Below are positions 60,802 through 64,000 of a stretch of DNA of 64,000 bases, in pieces. The notes under the pieces are model-generated. The model made no database searches. It was not told the origin of the DNA and saw nothing but the letters and a program-made list of their open reading frames with translations. The translations under genes and the position numbers were made by a program. Position 1 is the first letter of the stretch; each line of letters begins with the position of its first letter. The DNA is taken from the NCBI GenBank assembly GCA_965232515.1, contig CBDDPY010000002.1, positions 3,936,001 through 4,000,000 on the forward strand, written 5' to 3'. This DNA comes from Alphaproteobacteria bacterium (lineage in GTDB: Bacteria > Pseudomonadota > Alphaproteobacteria > GCA-2731375).

Positions 60802-61419
60802 TCATCGGGAACTGACCCAGAGCACGACGGCGTCGTCGTCTCCCTCGGACACACAGGCATGGCCCATCTGGCAGTCGTAGTAGACGCTGTCGCCCGGCTG
60901 CAGGCGCACCGGCTCGTAGAACTCGGTGTAGAGGATCGCCGTCCCGGACAGGACATACATGAAGTCCTCGGTGTCATGCCGATCCCAGTCGTCGAATTCA
61001 TCGAGCGAGCGAGCGTGCAGCACCAGCTCGAACGGCAGGAACGATTTGTGGGCAAGCTCGGCGGCCAGCGGCACATAACTGTAGTTCGCCGTCTGGTGCA
61101 CCGGACCGTCGCCCTTGCGCGTGACGCAGCGCCGGCTCGCGGCTCGGGCGTCGCTCGGCGCCGACAGCAGTTGCGCGACATCAAGCACAAACCCATTGGC
61201 CAGCTTCTTCAGCGCATCGAATGTCGGCGACATCTTGCCCTTCTCGATCTTGTACAGCGACGACGGCGACAAACCCGCGCGATGACTGGCTTCATCGAGG
61301 CTCCAGCCGCGTTCCCGGCGCAGCTCGCGAACACGCCGGCCAAGGTCGAGGGCGGTCACGCCGGCCGTTGTCTCCGGCGGCGCATTTTCGCGGAAGGACA
61401 GAACCCGCGGATTTGGCAT
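60802..61419 (-). CDS. XRE family regulator with C-terminal cupin
   Basis: LGRRVRELRRERGWSL...SLYKIEKGKMSPT; HDTEDFMYVLSG, GDSVYYD...GH. Confidence 0.9.
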   Translation of the reverse strand: MPNPRVLSFRENAPPETTAGVTALDLGRRVRELRRERGWSLDEASHRAGLSPSSLYKIEKGKMSPTFDALKKLANGFVLDVAQLLSAPSDARAASRRCVTRKGDGPVHQTANYSYVPLAAELAHKSFLPFELVLHARSLDEFDDWDRHDTEDFMYVLSGTAILYTEFYEPVRLQPGDSVYYDCQMGHACVSEGDDDAVVLWVSSR

Positions 61420-61500
61420 GAACGAAAGCCCTTTTCGAGACGGCGGCACCCCGATTGACGGAGCAAGACCAAGCAGTTTTTTTATCGCAAAGTGACGATC

Positions 61501-61518
61501 TTAGTATTATAATACTAA
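61501..61518. promoter_or_regulatory. Perfect 18-bp palindrome, putative XRE operator
   Basis: TTAGTATTATAATACTAA between divergent XRE and cupin genes. Confidence 0.7.
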
Positions 61519-61546
61519 ATCTGATCATTTTGGAAGAGAGGTCGAC

Positions 61547-61948
61547 ATGATCCGCGCCGTCACCATCGATCGGGAAATCAAGGACCTCACGCCGATCGCA
61601 AACCGGGGTCCGCAGACCCCCGTAGACGACGTCGAAGCCGCGTTCGCGACGCTGGGCAGCGGCGATTTCCTGAACGCCGGCATCTTCCTCGGCAGCTTCG
61701 ACGGCGAATCCGGCTGGGAACGTCATGTCACGGGCGACGAGCTGGTCCAGGTCGTCGCCGGCGAGACCGAATTCGAGATCATCGTCGACGACCACAAGCA
61801 GACTCTCGAGCTCTCCGCGGGCATGCTCCTCATCGTCCCCCGCGGCTGCTGGCATCGCTTCCGGTCCCGGAACGGCGTGACGGTTCTGACCGCCACACCG
61901 CAGTCGGACGAAGAGCACATGTTCGTCGACGATCCGCGCGAGCTTTAG
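61547..61948 (+). CDS. Cupin domain protein
   Basis: WERHVTGDELVQVVAG, VPRGCWHRF. Confidence 0.88.
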   Translation: MIRAVTIDREIKDLTPIANRGPQTPVDDVEAAFATLGSGDFLNAGIFLGSFDGESGWERHVTGDELVQVVAGETEFEIIVDDHKQTLELSAGMLLIVPRGCWHRFRSRNGVTVLTATPQSDEEHMFVDDPREL

Positions 61949-62095
61949 GGCAAGATCAGCAAGGCGTGGCGCGCACTTGGATCAATGCTGGGCTCGTTCA
62001 CCGGCCGACATCGCCAACGATATTGTCACGCGCACCGACTGGGTGATCGGCGCGGATTAGGCTAGGCTGTTCGGATAACAGCGAGGCCTGCCGAG

Positions 62096-63349
<1,254 letters not shown>

Positions 63350-63416
63350 GTCAGGCGACCAACGCTCAAGGACAGGCTAAGATCGCCGAATCTGCCCTCC
63401 CGTTTGTTGGGGTTAC

Positions 63417-64000
63417 ATGCGGGTTCTGGTTCTCGGCGCCAACGGATTTGTCGGTTCGGCCATTGTCGCCGCGCTGATCCGCGCCGACATCGAGGTGCGG
63501 GGCGTGGTTCGCGATCCCAACAAACTGGCAAGACGGTTCCCTGACATCGACGTATTCAAGGCCGACCTCCTGGACGCGTCGGCGCGGGAGTCCGGCTTCT
63601 GGCTGCCGGCGCTCGATGGCGTTGACGCCGTCGTCAATGCGGCCGGCGTGCTGCAGCCACGCCGGCAGCGCGACACCTGGGCGGTTCACGTCGAGGCGCC
63701 GGACGCGCTCTACGCCGCCTGCGTGCAGCTGGGTATCAAGCGGGTCATCCAGATATCGGCCATCGGCGTCGAGGAAGCGGCCACCGTCTACGCGCGCTCG
63801 AAACGGACGGGCGATGACAGGCTCATGGCCCGCAACCTCGACTGGACGATCCTGCGGCCCGTCATCGTCATCGGCCACGGCTCCTATGGCGGCACCTCGA
63901 TGCTGCGCGCCATCGCCGTCTTTCCCTGGGTCACGCCGGTCATCGGCGACGGCGGCAACGCGCTGGAGTTCATTCACAAGGACGACTTGGCGGCGGCCGT
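63417..64000 (+). CDS. NAD(P)-binding atypical SDR protein, 3' truncated by window edge
   Basis: MRVLVLGANGFVGSAIV, DAVVNAAG, ISAIG, YARSK, WTILRP; not in the ORF track because it has no stop in the window. Confidence 0.85.
   Translation, partial: MRVLVLGANGFVGSAIVAALIRADIEVRGVVRDPNKLARRFPDIDVFKADLLDASARESGFWLPALDGVDAVVNAAGVLQPRRQRDTWAVHVEAPDALYAACVQLGIKRVIQISAIGVEEAATVYARSKRTGDDRLMARNLDWTILRPVIVIGHGSYGGTSMLRAIAVFPWVTPVIGDGGNALEFIHKDDLAAA

Overview
High-GC chromosomal window, very probably from an alphaproteobacterium (Rhodospirillales-like gene order; inference). It holds about 60 CDS: a peptide ABC/amidase end, the ptsI-ptsH-manX-rapZ-hprK-chvG-chvI cluster, an adenylate cyclase, MATE, pckA, mug, polA, tRNA-Arg(CCG) followed by a lower-GC islet, a PEP-CTERM protein, a sugar/polyol ABC transporter, orphan phnM, three PilZ proteins, TAXI-TRAP, a Mo-hydroxylase, a diiron protein, split UxaA, mmcB and a P450. 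I saw no CRISPR array, rRNA, integrase or transposase. The strongest unexplained signal is a stand-alone 97-aa GIY-YIG nuclease gene bracketed by inverted CGTC-tagged palindrome doublets (REPIN-like). The same repeat family is dispersed elsewhere in the window with compensatory stem changes, an arrangement analogous to RAYT/REP loci but with a different enzyme. Also notable are four MITE-like elements with 8-9 bp periodic terminal inverted repeats, a PilZ-pseudokinase fusion next to a paralogous PilZ gene, and CtrA-like boxes upstream of all three PilZ genes. All calls come from reading motifs by eye; no database searches were run.
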